A DNA stretch of 64,000 bases from positions 241,738,001-241,802,000 of the forward strand of contig OZ024742.1 of the NCBI GenBank assembly GCA_964016885.1, written 5' to 3'. Positions 1 through 14,159 of the stretch are shown here, in pieces. Numbering within the stretch: position 1 is the first letter of the stretch; every line of letters starts with the position of its first letter. Position numbers and translations under genes: made by a program. The stretch comes from Eledone cirrhosa (lineage: Eukaryota). The notes under the pieces are model-generated. The model made no database searches, was not told where the DNA came from, and saw nothing but the letters and a program-made list of their open reading frames with translations.

Positions 1-340
1 AAAATTTAGGCTTCAAAATGTTATGTTCCTATAAACCTATTGATAATTTGCTTGGCCATATACACAGCAAGAATTGCCATTTAATTATTCCTTTCACTTC
101 TGTGGTGAGTAATTTAATATAGTTGGAAAAATATGAACACATAGCTTTTTATCTCTCATTGGACAGGAAAATATTTCGATCGTAGTTAAGATCTCTGCAG
201 TGACTACTCATACACAGCTGTCTGTACACGGAGAGGGATATTACTAGCTAATTATAACCACAAAGATACATGTCGAACATTACCGTATTGTATCACTATA
301 TATATATCACCCTATATGCTCATAAATATAGAATGGCCAA

Positions 341-407
<67 letters not shown>

Positions 408-499
408 GGTATTTATGCTCCAGAAAATCTGTCGAGTGCTTCGAATCAGATATAAATATATATATTTGTTGAATTACCAACAAATTAAATATCCCTTTG

Positions 500-568
<69 letters not shown>

Positions 569-635
569 AAGGTTTAGCAAATAATGAAAAAGTTTCAAAA
601 TAAATTTTAAAAAATTGACTTTACCTACTATAGTT

Positions 636-718
636 ACCTTTACCGATCGGTTTCGAATCCCCAAAATAAACGGAGGCCATACGGCCTTCGTTGCAAAGAA
701 AGATTCTCGTCAGAAGGT
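636..718 (-). ncRNA. Type I hammerhead ribozyme with extended stem II
   Basis: Minus strand reads acctt-CTGACGA-gaatc...(inner hairpin aacgaaggcc/ggcctccgtt)...gattc-GAAA-C-CGATCG-GTA-aaggt: stem I acctt/aaggt, intact core, palindromic stem III, GUA site. Confidence 0.85.
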
Positions 719-874
719 TCTTTTCATTCGAAGAATATAAAATTCTTGAATTTAAATTACGAACTAGCGCTATCCAAAACTGTTCCCGAGATGAGAGTGA
801 ATGAAGTGGAATCAATTTTTTCAAGGGCCGAAGTAAAGATAGAGGCAGAGGGAGGTAGGTCAACCGGCCGCAAC

Positions 875-906
<32 letters not shown>

Positions 907-947
907 TACAAATATTAATAAAATAGATGTTCTTTTGATCAATTACG

Positions 948-998
948 TTTTATTATGCATATTTCGGAAGTACAACAGTACACCCTCATCAGACAAAA
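948..998 (-). ncRNA. Minimal type I hammerhead ribozyme (family A, AUA site)
   Basis: ttttgt-CTGATGA-gggtgtac tgtt gtacttcc-GAAA-T-ATGC-ATA-ataaaa; stem I 6 bp with one G-U; palindromic ATGCAT in stem III. Confidence 0.8.
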
Positions 999-1509
999 TA
1001 TAATGATACATGACATACCCTGAGATGTTAAATGGTTAAGATTTAATCAAGGTAGTGATTAACCCAAGAGAAAATTCAACATTTATACCCCAATAATGAG
1101 AAAATGCGAAAACGTAGTAAATTCAATAGAGAATGTGTGAGTAAGAAAAAACGTTGGTTAACGTGACAGCTATAGAGATTTTAAAATGTGGGATACTACA
1201 AGTTATGTTTATCTAGGAAAACTTGTCATGAATTATAACAGTCAATGAGGGCCGCTGAGAGGGGATTTAGAGAGAGGGAGAAAGATAAGGGGGGGGGGAG
1301 TAATATATGCAGAAAGGGATTTTTTCCAAAAGCTAAACGGTTAAGTTTCAAAATATTTAATTTATGTTATTTTAGGGTGAAGAATCAAGATTTAAGGTTT
1401 TTTTTAAAATTAATATTTGTATTTTAATATTAATAACTCTTGAAATTTTTTTTTACCGTAGAGTGCTTCCAATCTACTGTAAAACTAATTCTCTGATATA
1501 CTCATTGAA

Positions 1510-2125
1510 TCTAACGCCCTCTGGTGATGTCCAGCAGAAGCAAGAGGGACAACTACAACCGTCTATGCATTTCAGGCTTAACTGGCCATGGTCAGGACGG
1601 TCCCTCTCACGGCTTGCGACTGCTGGACTAGAAGACAGGCGAGAATATATAGTTTTCTCGTCTGTGTAAATGAGGTGATTAATCTCATTGCATATGAAGC
1701 TGCATAAGTTGGCTCAACTTATAATAGAAAAGAAATAGGATTTCGCTTCAAGCATAGCTTTATACAGTATGTATAAATATGTCGTATTTCCAAAGAAATG
1801 CTGTCTTAGGAAGCCCTAGCTATGCAAACACCGTCTGTGTAAATGAGGTGATTAATCCCTTGAGATTAATCACCTCATTTATACAGACGAGAAAAGTATA
1901 TATTCTGTCTTCTAGTCCAGCAGTTGCAAGCGGTGGAAGGCCAGTTAAGCCTGAAATCCATAGACGGTTGTCTCCCTTGCTTCTGCTGGACATCACCAGA
2001 GGGCGTTAGCCCCCCCCCGTTGTTTGCATAGCTACGGCTTTCTAAAAAACCGTATTTCTTTGGAGATACGAAATATTTATACATATTGTATAAAGCTATG
2101 CTTGAAGCGAAATCCTATTTCTTTT
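1510..2125. mobile_element. Rearranged inverted PLE pseudo-LTR-like unit with a mutated HHR at 1558-1601 (-)
   Basis: 1510-1687 is the reverse complement of 1861-2009, and 1728-1830 of 2021-2125. HHR reads accgtc-CTGACCA-tggc cagttaa gcct-GAAA-T-GC-ATA-gacggt. A diverged homologue lies at 56301-56560. Confidence 0.65.
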
Positions 2126-2145
2126 ATATATATATATATATATAT

Positions 2146-2893
2146 ATGTGAAAAAATGGGGAGAAGAATACTGCAGGTTGCACCTGGATAACATGTAATA
2201 AAATGAGTCCCTCATCAGTGATTTGCCGACGATCATAGATATTTCATTGCATTAAAAATCATATACCTCACGTCGGTGCAATAATAACTAAATTAAGTTA
2301 TTAGGACAATTAAAACGCGTAAAGCGAGTGAGACAAGATAACAACAAAGAGGAGAGATAACCGTAGAAGGAAGGGAACAAGCTACATAGTTATTCTGTTA
2401 GCATAAGCTAGGTGAATATATGAGCGCTTAGAAAAAAGACCTTTCGGGAACGAATCCAAATGTGAGAAAGAGAGAAAATGTTTTCGTCGCGAACGGGGTG
2501 AAGTGAGAAGAGGAGAAACAGTGAGTGAGTGAGTGGAAGTGTGAGGAAGAGTTAACTGACATGACAGAGGGGGCGAAAGAAAGTAGGAGAAACAGAGAGA
2601 ACGAGGGAGCAGTAAGAGAGAGAGAGAAAAAAAAACAGAATCGCAGTTTAGGTAAATATATGTGAAAAAATGGGGAGAAGAATACTGCAGGTTGCACATG
2701 GATAACGTGTAATAAAATGAGTCCCTCATCAGTGATTTGCCGACGATCATAGATATTTCATTGCATTAAAAATCATATACCTCACGTCGGTGCAATAATA
2801 ACTAAATTAAGTTATTAGGACAATTAAAACGCGTAAAGCGAGTGAGACAAGATAACAATAAAGAGGAGCGCTAACCGTAGAAGGAAGGGAACA
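2146..2893. repeat. ~234-bp near-identical direct repeat (2146-2379 and 2660-2893) abutting a (TA)n array; probable partial tandem pLTR
   Basis: Direct comparison of the two copies; purine-rich spacer; CTGATGAGGG on the minus strand in both copies but no complete HHR. Confidence 0.7.
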
Positions 2894-3604
2894 CACAGAA
2901 ATGTACATGTACACATACATTACTGAATTGATATTTCAAACAAAGATTAACTAACTTTAGTGTATACAACTACACCGTTTGAGGTCGATATGTTAAATTT
3001 CGGAAAATATTCGTTCTTGCGTGGGAAATAATTCTCTCGCTTCACAATACTGCTTTTGTTTAGTTGCAGGATTATTTCATGTAAATGGAACAAAATTTAC
3101 TAGAAAATTCACGACAATTTTCTGTTCACTTAAGCAAATTTTGCAAAATGAATAATAAATTTAAATAATATGCTTTCCTTTAAGGAATCTTATTTATATA
3201 TTGATTGAGTTAAGACAAAGTATTGTACTTTTTAATTTATATGAGCTTAAAAAGGTTAGAAAAATATAAAGTATTCAAAATTACTAGCATATTTTCTTGT
3301 GACTTATCGTACTGAAGGAAAAGACGGATTAGAAAAAAAATTTGTATTTATTAGATTAATGTTCTTGATTTAAATTCATTAAAATCTTTTATTTGAAATC
3401 TATGGTTGTAAAATCATCGTTACCAAATTCCCGCATAGAACATACACACACAGAGGAACATACCTGCACATAAACATACATACGAAGATACCTGCGCACT
3501 GACGCGCCGGTGCAAGTATGTATATGTGCTTGTGTGTGTAATTATATCTATTTGTTTAGCTATATACGTACGTACATACACACACACAGACACCACACAT
3601 ATAC

Positions 3605-3658
<54 letters not shown>

Positions 3659-3664
3659 ATCTCG

Positions 3665-3754
<90 letters not shown>

Positions 3755-3912
3755 ATATATATATATATATATATATATCCGGCATTCGAGGTCTCAATAT
3801 AATAGATATTTAGTAGCGTGATGGTAATTATTGAACAAATTAATTAGGGTTACAAATAAAATTTCCTCAACTAAAATCAACCAATCGTAATTAATCAAAT
3901 GAATTTAAAAAA

Positions 3913-3957
<45 letters not shown>

Positions 3958-3961
<4 letters not shown>

Positions 3962-4125
3962 AAAATGTTCAAGACCCCGATGGCAGAGCTCAAGCCGTTT
4001 CGACGGCTATTTCTGGACTTGGCTATTTCTGAGTCGGGGTCTTGAACATTTTCCTATTACCCACTCTACTACCCTAAGTATTGAGTGCTTTATGGTCCAC
4101 CTGGTTCCTTACCACACTTCCTTCG

Positions 4126-4169
<44 letters not shown>

Positions 4170-4329
4170 CGAGAATATATATATATATATAACGAGAATT
4201 AGCCGTCGAAACGGCTTGAGCTCAGCTGTCGGGGTCTTACTGGTTCCTATTACCCACTCTACTACCTCAAGTATTGAGTACTTTGGTGCGTTATGGTCCA
4301 CCTGGTTCCTTACCACATTTCCTTCGTTA
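3958..4329 (+). mobile_element. Two copies of a (TA)n-embedded short repeat (family B) carrying the 3' half of an HHR
   Basis: Shared tail ttacccactctactacc...ttccttcgtta and motif tagccgtc-GAAA-cggc-ttgagctca-gctg-TC-ggggtc. Further copies near 7695, 20279, 27659, 30437, 35160 and 48790. Confidence 0.7.
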
Positions 4330-4515
4330 TATATATATATATATATATATATAACTAAATATTAGTATGGCTCGTTGATTACTTAACGAATAAACGAATA
4401 CAATTTTACAATAGATTAGAAGCACTCAAAAAGAAAAGTTTTCCTGGAGTTTTTAATATTATTCAATACTGGAATTGAATAATCAAGACCGTAGCGGTAT
4501 GTCATATATCAAATC

Positions 4516-4587
4516 ATATATTTTATCTGATGAGGACGTACTGAAAAACCAACACAGTACCTTTGAAATATATATAATAAAGTATAT
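4516..4587 (+). ncRNA. Type I hammerhead ribozyme (family A)
   Basis: atatattttat-CTGATGA-ggacgtactg...cagtaccttt-GAAA-T-ATAT-ATA-ataaagtatat; 11-bp stem I with one G-U; upstream ggtatgtcat shared with the 948 copy. Confidence 0.8.
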
Positions 4588-4627
4588 ATTTTGATTATGA
4601 GAATATCTTTCATTTGTTAACATTTTG

Positions 4628-4671
<44 letters not shown>

Positions 4672-4895
4672 GTTTTCGGAAGTGGGAAGGAAGAGATACA
4701 TAATTAAATGAAGCACGGAATACATCTGTAGAGAACGTTCATACATATTTTTTGTAGAAATGACTACTATAGAAGTCTTTTCTATATATATTTACAAAAG
4801 CACAAACACATATCTATATATATACATATATACATATATATATATGTATATATATATATATACATATATGTATATATATATATATATATATGTGT

Positions 4896-4934
<39 letters not shown>

Positions 4935-7147
4935 CTCGCGTGTGTGTGTGTGTGTGTGTGTGTGCGTGCTTTGTTACTGTAGAATCCTTGACCATGAAGT
5001 AAAAATAGCGGATACTCAAATGAAACTGAGTAGGGCAAAGCTAAGTAGAAAGAAAATAGGAAAATGAAGTGGTTTTATGAGATCATTGCTTGAACAACCT
5101 ACTCTTTCATCAGCATTAACTGCTTCAGAAACGAATGTAAATCAACTCGCCAGTGTATTAGGAGGATAATTAAGAGACTCTCTAGAAGCATATGTTTATT
5201 TGAAAGAGGCAGAATATATTAAAATTGTGTATATCTAAAAACACGATAGCTCTGGACAGCCTACAATCAGGTGTGCTTCAGTATTACAATGAAGATTCAT
5301 TGAAGTTAAATAATATATGAAAAATGTAATTTTTTCAGATGTTTATTTGACTTAGTAAATAGTAAATGCTATTGATATGTGTATTTAATTACATAAGTAT
5401 TTCCACACTAGCACAAGTATTGGACTTTCCACTCTGTACCAGAACGTGTGATGTGCAATTTCATCAAGAACAGCTTAAAGGGCATCTAGATGGCTCTGAC
5501 TGAAAAGGAGTGGATTTTAAGTCAGTAGACGCATTTGGACACAGACTGCGGTTCGATCAATCTCTGTTGTGTCACCTGATTTGTGATGTATGTTAAATAA
5601 GCCGAAGTAGATAGGATCTCCAGGATACAACATTTACAGGATACTACGGATGGAAATCAGAGTATTTCTATCCGTACATGTACTGAGTATCTGTAATTAC
5701 TTGGACGACGCTACTCTTTTCTTAAAATAAGTCTCAAGAATCTCCCATGCGTTCTGGTGGCCAAAGGTTATTTATTATTTTTTTTTCAAATTAGGGTGCG
5801 TTCTCGAGGACTTGGCATCTTCAGAGCCGGGAAATACGGTAACTATAATTCAGTTCAACTGCTCAATTTCCGATAGTCTTCTATTAATGAAACTGTCTCT
5901 GCCCATCCATCCATCTGTAAACCATTATTTACCAAATGTATTGACCTCTCCAATTTCTCCCTCATCATTGGAAGATGTAATTTATTCACAGACACATCAT
6001 AGCTGTGTATAAAAAGATATCTGCTGAAGCTGTCTCTTTCCAGATTAGCCATGATTGAGCAGATATTAGATTAAATGCATTCCAAATATGACAATCGCAT
6101 TTGTGCTTCACTACAATTGTGTATCCAATATCTACCCACATTTTCAAGGTAATATGGTGTGGTTTAAGTGCAATTTCGCTGCTTTTTCTAAGTCAAACCA
6201 TGTCGTAATGGATGCTAAAACGAAACAGAAAAGTTAGTTATATGATAAGGAAGTATAAATAGTATACCTACGATATTCGTCATGGTATTGGCAGACGTAT
6301 TAATATGCTTCATAGTTTTAGAAGCAAACACAAAGATTAATTAGAATTAAATGTTTTAATGAGAAACAAAAATGAAAGCTTGCCGGCTACCTTTTCCATC
6401 TTAATTTGATGTTATTCAAAGTTAAATGAAAAATAATTAAGATTTAATGAATGCGATATATATATTCTTCAAGATATTGCATGACTAACGTTTTTTCTCT
6501 GTGTGTCGTGCAAAGTTTACTTTATAAATACATTAGAATGACAAGTATGAAACAAAAGAAGACATTGATTTTTTGAGGAATGACGTGATAAAGTAAATCT
6601 TTTATCTTCACTTTTTAAATCAGAATGCAGGGAGGGATTTGCTTGTAAACATTCAAGAAAGAGGGTGATATACTGTAGCGTTTTACCTACAACTCATTAA
6701 TAACATTAGGCATGGCATAAACCTTAAAACACATTCTATCAACTTGAAGTTAAAGAGGATATTCTTAAATAAATTCCACTAGGCGATGATGTGCTAGGCT
6801 TGTACATTATTTATTGTTTCTGGCCGGGCGAAAAGCAAAGTTAACTGCGACGGGATTTGAACCAGAATGCAACAACCGGAACAAATACTGCAAGGTATTT
6901 GCCTAATGATCTAACACTTCTACCAATTCATCACTGATATCTCAAACACTTTATGGTAACTGTAGGGTATAAACAACACTAAAACCGTTGTCTTTTCTTA
7001 GATTAGCATCATTGACTCCACCGCGTCATTTAAATATAGATTTGAGCGTGACGGAGGTCGTCAAGTTTACCATCTTCGCTATAATTTGATAATTTACTTT
7101 GAGATGTAAGTCTCTAGTGTATTTACCTCTCATATGTATGAAATAAT

Positions 7148-7311
7148 TGTTTCTACCTTTGGCACAAGGCCAGCAATTATCCAGTACATTACTGGTACTT
7201 TATTTTATCGACACCGTAAGGATGAAAGGCAAAGTTAACCTCGGCGGGATTTGAACTCAGACCGTAAAGAGACGTAACTATGCTGGAAAGCATGGCGTCC
7301 GACTCTCTACT
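7148..7311 (-). mobile_element. tRNA-derived SINE, 5'-truncated
   Basis: B box GAGTTCAAATCC and body tttgcctttcatccttacgg..tcgataaaataaagtaccag (resembles the Deu/Nin-type SINE core); many near-identical copies in the window. Confidence 0.85.
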
Positions 7312-7504
7312 GATGAAATAATACATATTAGTTTGATACATCATAGAAAATAAACATAATTGTTTACATCCAGATATTTCGTAAACTCTTTTCACATAAG
7401 CGGACAATATTCACTAATTTCCACTTTACACAAAACTTTAGAAGTCTTATATAATCCTAATTTTTGCTTGTCATAACTTGATATAGTGTCAAGTTCCAGC
7501 TTTG

Positions 7505-7915
<411 letters not shown>

Positions 7916-7984
7916 TATATAAATATGGATGTATATGTATATATATATATATATATATACATATACATGTATGTGTGTGTGTAC

Positions 7985-9080
7985 CAACACAAAGACTGGT
8001 CTATGGATTGGACCGACCTCGACTCCGTTGACGAGTGTTGCAGTTCTTTTTTCAACAGAACAGTCTCTTCATTAAATGAGCGCGCATTCCACAGATACGT
8101 CTAACCATAACGCGATTCTCCTGGAGGTGGGGGAGAAGGTCTTTTTCGAGGGCTGCTTTGTAGATGGTTACTATTTTCCAGTTCACCGTAAAAGGTTTGA
8201 TTTGCGAGTTATTCATTGGTCCTCTTTATCACATGCACCACCAAGTAAACTTGGTTGGTGATCATCTATGAAAGAGGGATCACATCAGCTTTTTGTTTTA
8301 ATGTTTGTCACTTGATATTGAATATGCATCTAAACATTTTTATTGAAATTTCCCAAGCAACTAGTAATGTTAAAATGCAAGCTCTACAGAAAAGCCATCA
8401 CAAAACATCTTTCATACATTCTAAACTTATTTCGAATGATGAGGCGATGATCTGATTGCACAGTATCATTCAGTTTGCAATTGACAGTAAAAACGTTTTG
8501 AATTCTTGAAAGGATCTATTATTTGACAACGAACTCCCAAGATAGAAGAATGCATCCACAGCTTGTAATCTGGGAGAATGAACATTACTTTTGTCTTCTT
8601 CAAGTAGTTTCCTAATCAAAATCTTAGATTAAGAGTCGATTCTCTTCAGGTCAAATACTTTTCCTCGTGTTCTAAATGTGGATACAAGAAGTGTGCAAAG
8701 TTATATTAAAAAGAGAGCACGAACTGGAATATGGTCCTAGTCAAGTTCATTGTCCTCAGCAATTCTGCCAAAATGTTACCCACAGTTAAGATGTTAAACA
8801 TATTCACAAACTTTGTGGGCAACCCAATTCCCCAAAATATTTTTATAATGCCTCTTCGTGACAAATGCCTTCTTATATAGAAGCACTTGCTGCCTGACAC
8901 GTTTTTAAAGTTGTCTAACAGTGGATTATATTTATAATGTTCCTCCTGATCTACGATTAGGATTAATGCCAAACTGTAGGGAAATTGCCCCTTATTAAGC
9001 AATTCACAAGGAGACTAGATAACAACTTGATCTACAGGAGAGTGATGTAACGATCCTTGCTCTTTCTATCCATTTCAGCT
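7985..9080 (-). pseudogene. Degenerate RTE (BovB-like) LINE reverse transcriptase fragment
   Basis: Broken minus-strand frames give GLPTKFVNMF, FRTRGKVFDLKRI and LQAVDAFFYLGSSLS, in the order expected for RTE RT motifs. Confidence 0.6.
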
Positions 9081-10817
9081 TTCTGTGCAACACACACGCA
9101 CATACACGCACACACACACAACACACACACACATATATATGCAAATTTTTATGGAGCGTGTCAAATGGAGTGCTCAGTATCATAGGGGAGCGTTAAGATT
9201 GGTTCGGCAGCCTGTTACTAAGGGTTTTCCACGACATATTACTGCTTCCTCAGACAGAATATATATTCAAAGGGCTTCCATGCTGTTTCCATCTACCACT
9301 CCTATTCATAAGGTATTAAGACACCCGACGCTTTAATATACACTAACGAAAATATTAAATTATAAGTATTTTACATTAAAAATACATTACTTAAATATGG
9401 TATATTATTACGTTACTGTATTAAATAGATATAAGAAAGTTACCTGCTATATTGGTCTAATCTAGCGTGTTTATATCATTATAAAGCAGAACCTGTATAT
9501 GATTTATCAAATAAAGTAGATCCCACACAATCAGTTTACAGGAAATTCCATATATCACAAGGCATTCAATGAAGCAATTATTTTGGAGAGACAATTAATT
9601 CACACAAAAAACATAAAATATGTTTTTAATTAAATTTTCTCAAAACAACACCTTACCTGACGGATTTCTCCATATTTTTCGTGGAACCTCGAGCTTACCA
9701 AGAACCCATTTTGTGAAACAATGCCTGAGATAAAATATTTTGACCTAGCTGTGTTTCATAACTTTTGTTGCAATTAGAACAACGCATTTTCCCTCTGCCA
9801 GTGAAATATCCACAAAAACATTTTAATGTTGTGTTAATTCATTTATAATATCCGTGATCTGTGACTTGATTCTCTCTCACTATCGTAGTTATTTAATGAC
9901 ATTTTTTTCTTTCTTGCTCCATCACTTCCACACGACTTTCTTAATTACGAAACGCAACGTAGAGTTCAGCTTCAATAGATTAATTCGTTTTCCTATAATC
10001 GTGAATTGTTTGACTTTCTATTATATACGTATTTGTATAACAAATGTTATATAAAATACCTTGCAGCAGTTCGTTGTAGAATCTCTCCATCAAGTGGAAT
10101 TGGAATTTCACTTTGTAGCCTTTCAGCCTTTCTAAGGATTATTTGACAACAGATGTACTGTCATCTTAAAGTGAAGGGCATAAAGTTGAGATGTTTTATT
10201 GATACAGAGTTTCTCCAAAATGCATAATTAAACACATTTTGGTACCTGAATTGAGATATTACTTTAAATCCTGGAGTACTTCTATAGCTCTTCTGTATCA
10301 CTCTCGCTATTTTAGTGTAATGATGTTAATATATAATTATGTGTATATGCGACCGAAAAACACTCCATTCTATAACCCTCTTTAAAAAAGAGAAAGCCCA
10401 CGCTGCCCGCAACCGTAACAAGCTCACTGAAGTAATATACACACTACTCATAATGGAACAGAATGGGTCCAACAGGCAGTGATAACATATAAGCGCGATA
10501 ATACATAAACTGCTATGAAAAAGAAACTCTGACCTTATTTTTAGGGTATTTCTTCTGAGTAAATATGCAGTAGAATTTCGTATTTATGGAACTACAGAAG
10601 ATATTGGCAAGTCGATAACCCCAGAACACAATAATTGTAATTCTGTATCTAGCTGGACGAGCCAAGCCTAGTGGCTTTAATATTTTCACGGTCAATTTTA
10701 ATTACCGCCGTCCCAGTAAAAAGAAGGCTCTGTTGTTAGTTTTCTGATGGGAGTAAATATTGGCCTAATGTCACCTTAGCTGAATTAATAGATTATATAT
10801 ATATATATATATGTGAA

Positions 10818-10850
<33 letters not shown>

Positions 10851-10853
10851 TGA

Positions 10854-10902
10854 GATTCTACAGGACTAGAACTGTTTCATTCTTTAGAAATCATCAGGAA
10901 TC
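10854..10902 (-). ncRNA. Type I hammerhead ribozyme (family C)
   Basis: gattc-CTGATGA-t ttc taaa gaa t-GAAA-cag ttctagtc ctg-TA-gaatc, between two (TA)n runs. Confidence 0.75.
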
Positions 10903-10941
10903 AGGAATATCTATATATGTACACACACACACATATATACA

Positions 10942-11063
<122 letters not shown>

Positions 11064-11074
11064 CATACATATAT

Positions 11075-11115
<41 letters not shown>

Positions 11116-11873
11116 GGTGTGTGTCCGTGTGTGTGTGTGTGCTGCAACCTATAGGTTCGAAAAAACAACAGATCTATAAAATAACTACTTGAATGTAAGA
11201 AATAGTGTCGATAGGATTGAATAAACGTTTTCAGGCGGCGTCCCAACATGGCCACAGTGTAATGACTAAAATCTGTAAAAGAATAATGGTAAAAAGAATA
11301 AACATTATGATTTTCACACGGAGGCGCACACACTTAATTCACAGATACACGCTGAGTTATTTAGTTAGGTTAAACCATGTGTGTATGTCTTTGCTTGATA
11401 ATCGTTATCTAAACGTGGATCTGGCACCTTAAGCCAGACATCTAATTAGGCCACTCTAGGTGGTGATAAACTCGTCTCGTCGCATATAAGTTGAATCATG
11501 TCCAAGACATTCAACAAGGAAAATGTTTTCATATTTATATGGAATTTAGTTCCTTGCAACTGTTGAAAGAAATTAACAACAATTTGTTTTTTTATTACGT
11601 GGTACTTAGCTGATTGTGGTGTATGGGTACAATCGGTAAAGCATCAGGAAAAAAGGCTTTGAGCTATTTAGTTCAAATCTTGCTGATGTCAACTTTGCCT
11701 TTTATCCTTCTTGGCTCAATAAAATAAAGTACCAGTCAATTTTCATTTGATCCACCTTGCCCTTCCTCAAAATAGGCTGGCCTTCTGCCTAAATCAGAAT
11801 TCATTATTTGGAACTTACATGATACTAAGAATGTTTGCTATAAGTTATTAAATTCACATTAAACCAATATAAT

Positions 11874-12059
11874 TGTTTCTACGTTTGGCACAAGACCAGC
11901 AAATACCCAGTGCATTACTGGTACTTTATTTTATCGACCCCATAAGGATGAAAGGCAACGTTAACCTCGGCGGGATTTGAACTCAGAATGGCAATGGCCG
12001 TAACTCTATGCTGCAAAGCATGGCGTCCGACCCTCTACCGATACTGCCAATCCCCCGCC
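11874..12059 (-). mobile_element. tRNA-derived SINE, full length
   Basis: A-box-like TGGCAGTATCGG, B box, conserved body; flanking direct repeat caatataat. Confidence 0.9.
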
Positions 12060-12322
12060 CCAATATAATGACGTATTCTCAATTTCAAAATGTTGTGTTC
12101 TTTGTGATAGAGAGCCTCTTTGATTAAGCTTGTCTTAGAGACACAATTTAAAATCACAGTTCAAGCTGTAAAGCTACTGAGTAATCGCAGGTTTGGGACT
12201 ATGGCACCGTTTCTATCAGTCCATCCGAGCTATTTCATCTATATCGCTAATACCTTTGCCAGAATTTATTGATGTCATTTCCCATATGCTGGTATTTTTT
12301 ATCCTGCTTGGTTTCATTATTT

Positions 12323-12731
12323 TGGCAGTATCGGTAGAGAGTCGGACACCATGCTTTGAAGCATAGAGTTACGTCCCTTTATGATCTGAGTTCAAATCCC
12401 GCCGAGGTTAACTTTGCCTTTCATCCTTACGGGGTCGATAAAATAAAGTACCAGTAATGTACTGCGTAATTGCTGGCCTTGTGCCTAAAATAGAAACAAT
12501 TATTTTAATAATTTCAAGGGCGGTGGATTGGCAGTATCGGTTGAGCGCCGGACACCATGCTTTGTAGCAGGGAGTTACGGCCCTTTACGTTCTACGTTCA
12601 AATCCCGCCGAGGTTAGCTTTGCCTTTCATCTTTACGGGGTCGATAAAATAACGCACCAGTAATGCACTTAATTTAATCGACTCTTACCGCCCCCCTCCA
12701 AATTGCTGTCTTTGTGTCTTAATCAGAAACC
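12323..12731 (+). mobile_element. Two tandem SINE copies (12323-12498 and 12518-12731)
   Basis: The second copy is flanked by the 19-bp TSD attattttaataatttcaa (12499-12517 and 12732-12750). Confidence 0.9.
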
Positions 12732-13843
12732 ATTATTTTAATAATTTCAACACTTAAAACAGCATCAATATTGTAAATATTTATTATTCCTCTTCTATTC
12801 TTAAGAAACAACTCTCCTGTGAAAGGTTACGATCGAACCACAAACTATATTAAAGCAATTGAATACAGAATCCAAGGCATAATTACAGCCCACACCACAT
12901 TTTTCATTCAAACTAGAAAAGTGATGTCTGTGCAAATGTAGATTCCACTCTCCCTGCCATTTACGTGTTTAATCCGGACATTAGCAAAACACTTTCCAGT
13001 TACTTATTTTGAGTCAAGCTATTCCTCACCTATTCATTCAAACACATCTGTTTTCAGCATCATCCAACCCCTAATATCTCTTCAACTACATCTATTCAAG
13101 CATCAGGAATATCTATCCTGCAGCCCACATCGTCCACGTTGAATATAGTGGTCACGGACTGACACTCTTATCTCCAGATCATTACCCTATCTGCACTTAT
13201 CCTGTTCCCAGACCCTGCGTTACTTTAAATCAGCTAGCTAACTTATAGGAGAGCTATCTGTTCTATAGTAACTCTCCCAAACAGAATGTATAATTCACTT
13301 TTAGCACAATCCTCTAAGGTATTCCACACTATATCCTACACACACAAAAAGCATAAAATACAGTTATCTCATAGATGTGCGGCAGCATTCCACATAAAGG
13401 ATACTGCTTTGAGAAAAACAGACATGCCTATTTTAACATTGTTGGTTTTTACTCAACATATCTACTGAGGCAAGATCAACATCTGAACCGTGGCGGATTC
13501 CTTTGTGCATTGCGTAGCTTTTTTAGGTCTCTCACTTTTCAAACAGCAGCCAACATATAGCCAAACTACTGGCAATTACCTTTGCAGAATTCTCTTTTCA
13601 CGCACTTCTCACACCTTATGGATATGTGAGCAATACTCCATATTCGCTGCCCGATGTCCATTCAACTGTACTCTGCAAACACGCCAACTCTTCCTCTCGA
13701 TTCCATTAACTAAACCCATCAAGTAGAAAAGTACTTCTAATCATCATTAACCAACAAGACCACCAACCCTGAATATTTTTATTCAACGAAACACAAAAAT
13801 GCGCTCGATAGCTGGCAGCCACATCACCAAATACTTCCACCCA

Positions 13844-13925
<82 letters not shown>

Positions 13926-14159
13926 TTCTCCGCGGATATATCCTTGCTTTAGCAAACGCTAGACTGTGTTCCATTTTCAAGTGCACCAGTCCCTAAGACT
14001 CTGCGATCTATCATCCTATCGTACTTCGTACTTAATTTCAAAGAGACAACAACCTTCTGCAATAATTTTCTTATTCTTTCTCTCAAACTATTACTCTATG
14101 TCTCTCTCTGTTTTATTAATATACATAGGTATGGCTTTCGTAAAATCATATCAACTGAA

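Noticed and set aside
3958-4329. CRISPR-like repeat/spacer pattern of short units alternating with TA
   Set aside because: Eukaryotic context, irregular units, microsatellite spacers and no cas genes.
5107-5114. Isolated CTGATGA matches (also ~7310 and ~17293)
   Set aside because: No stem II, GAAA or stem I in register.
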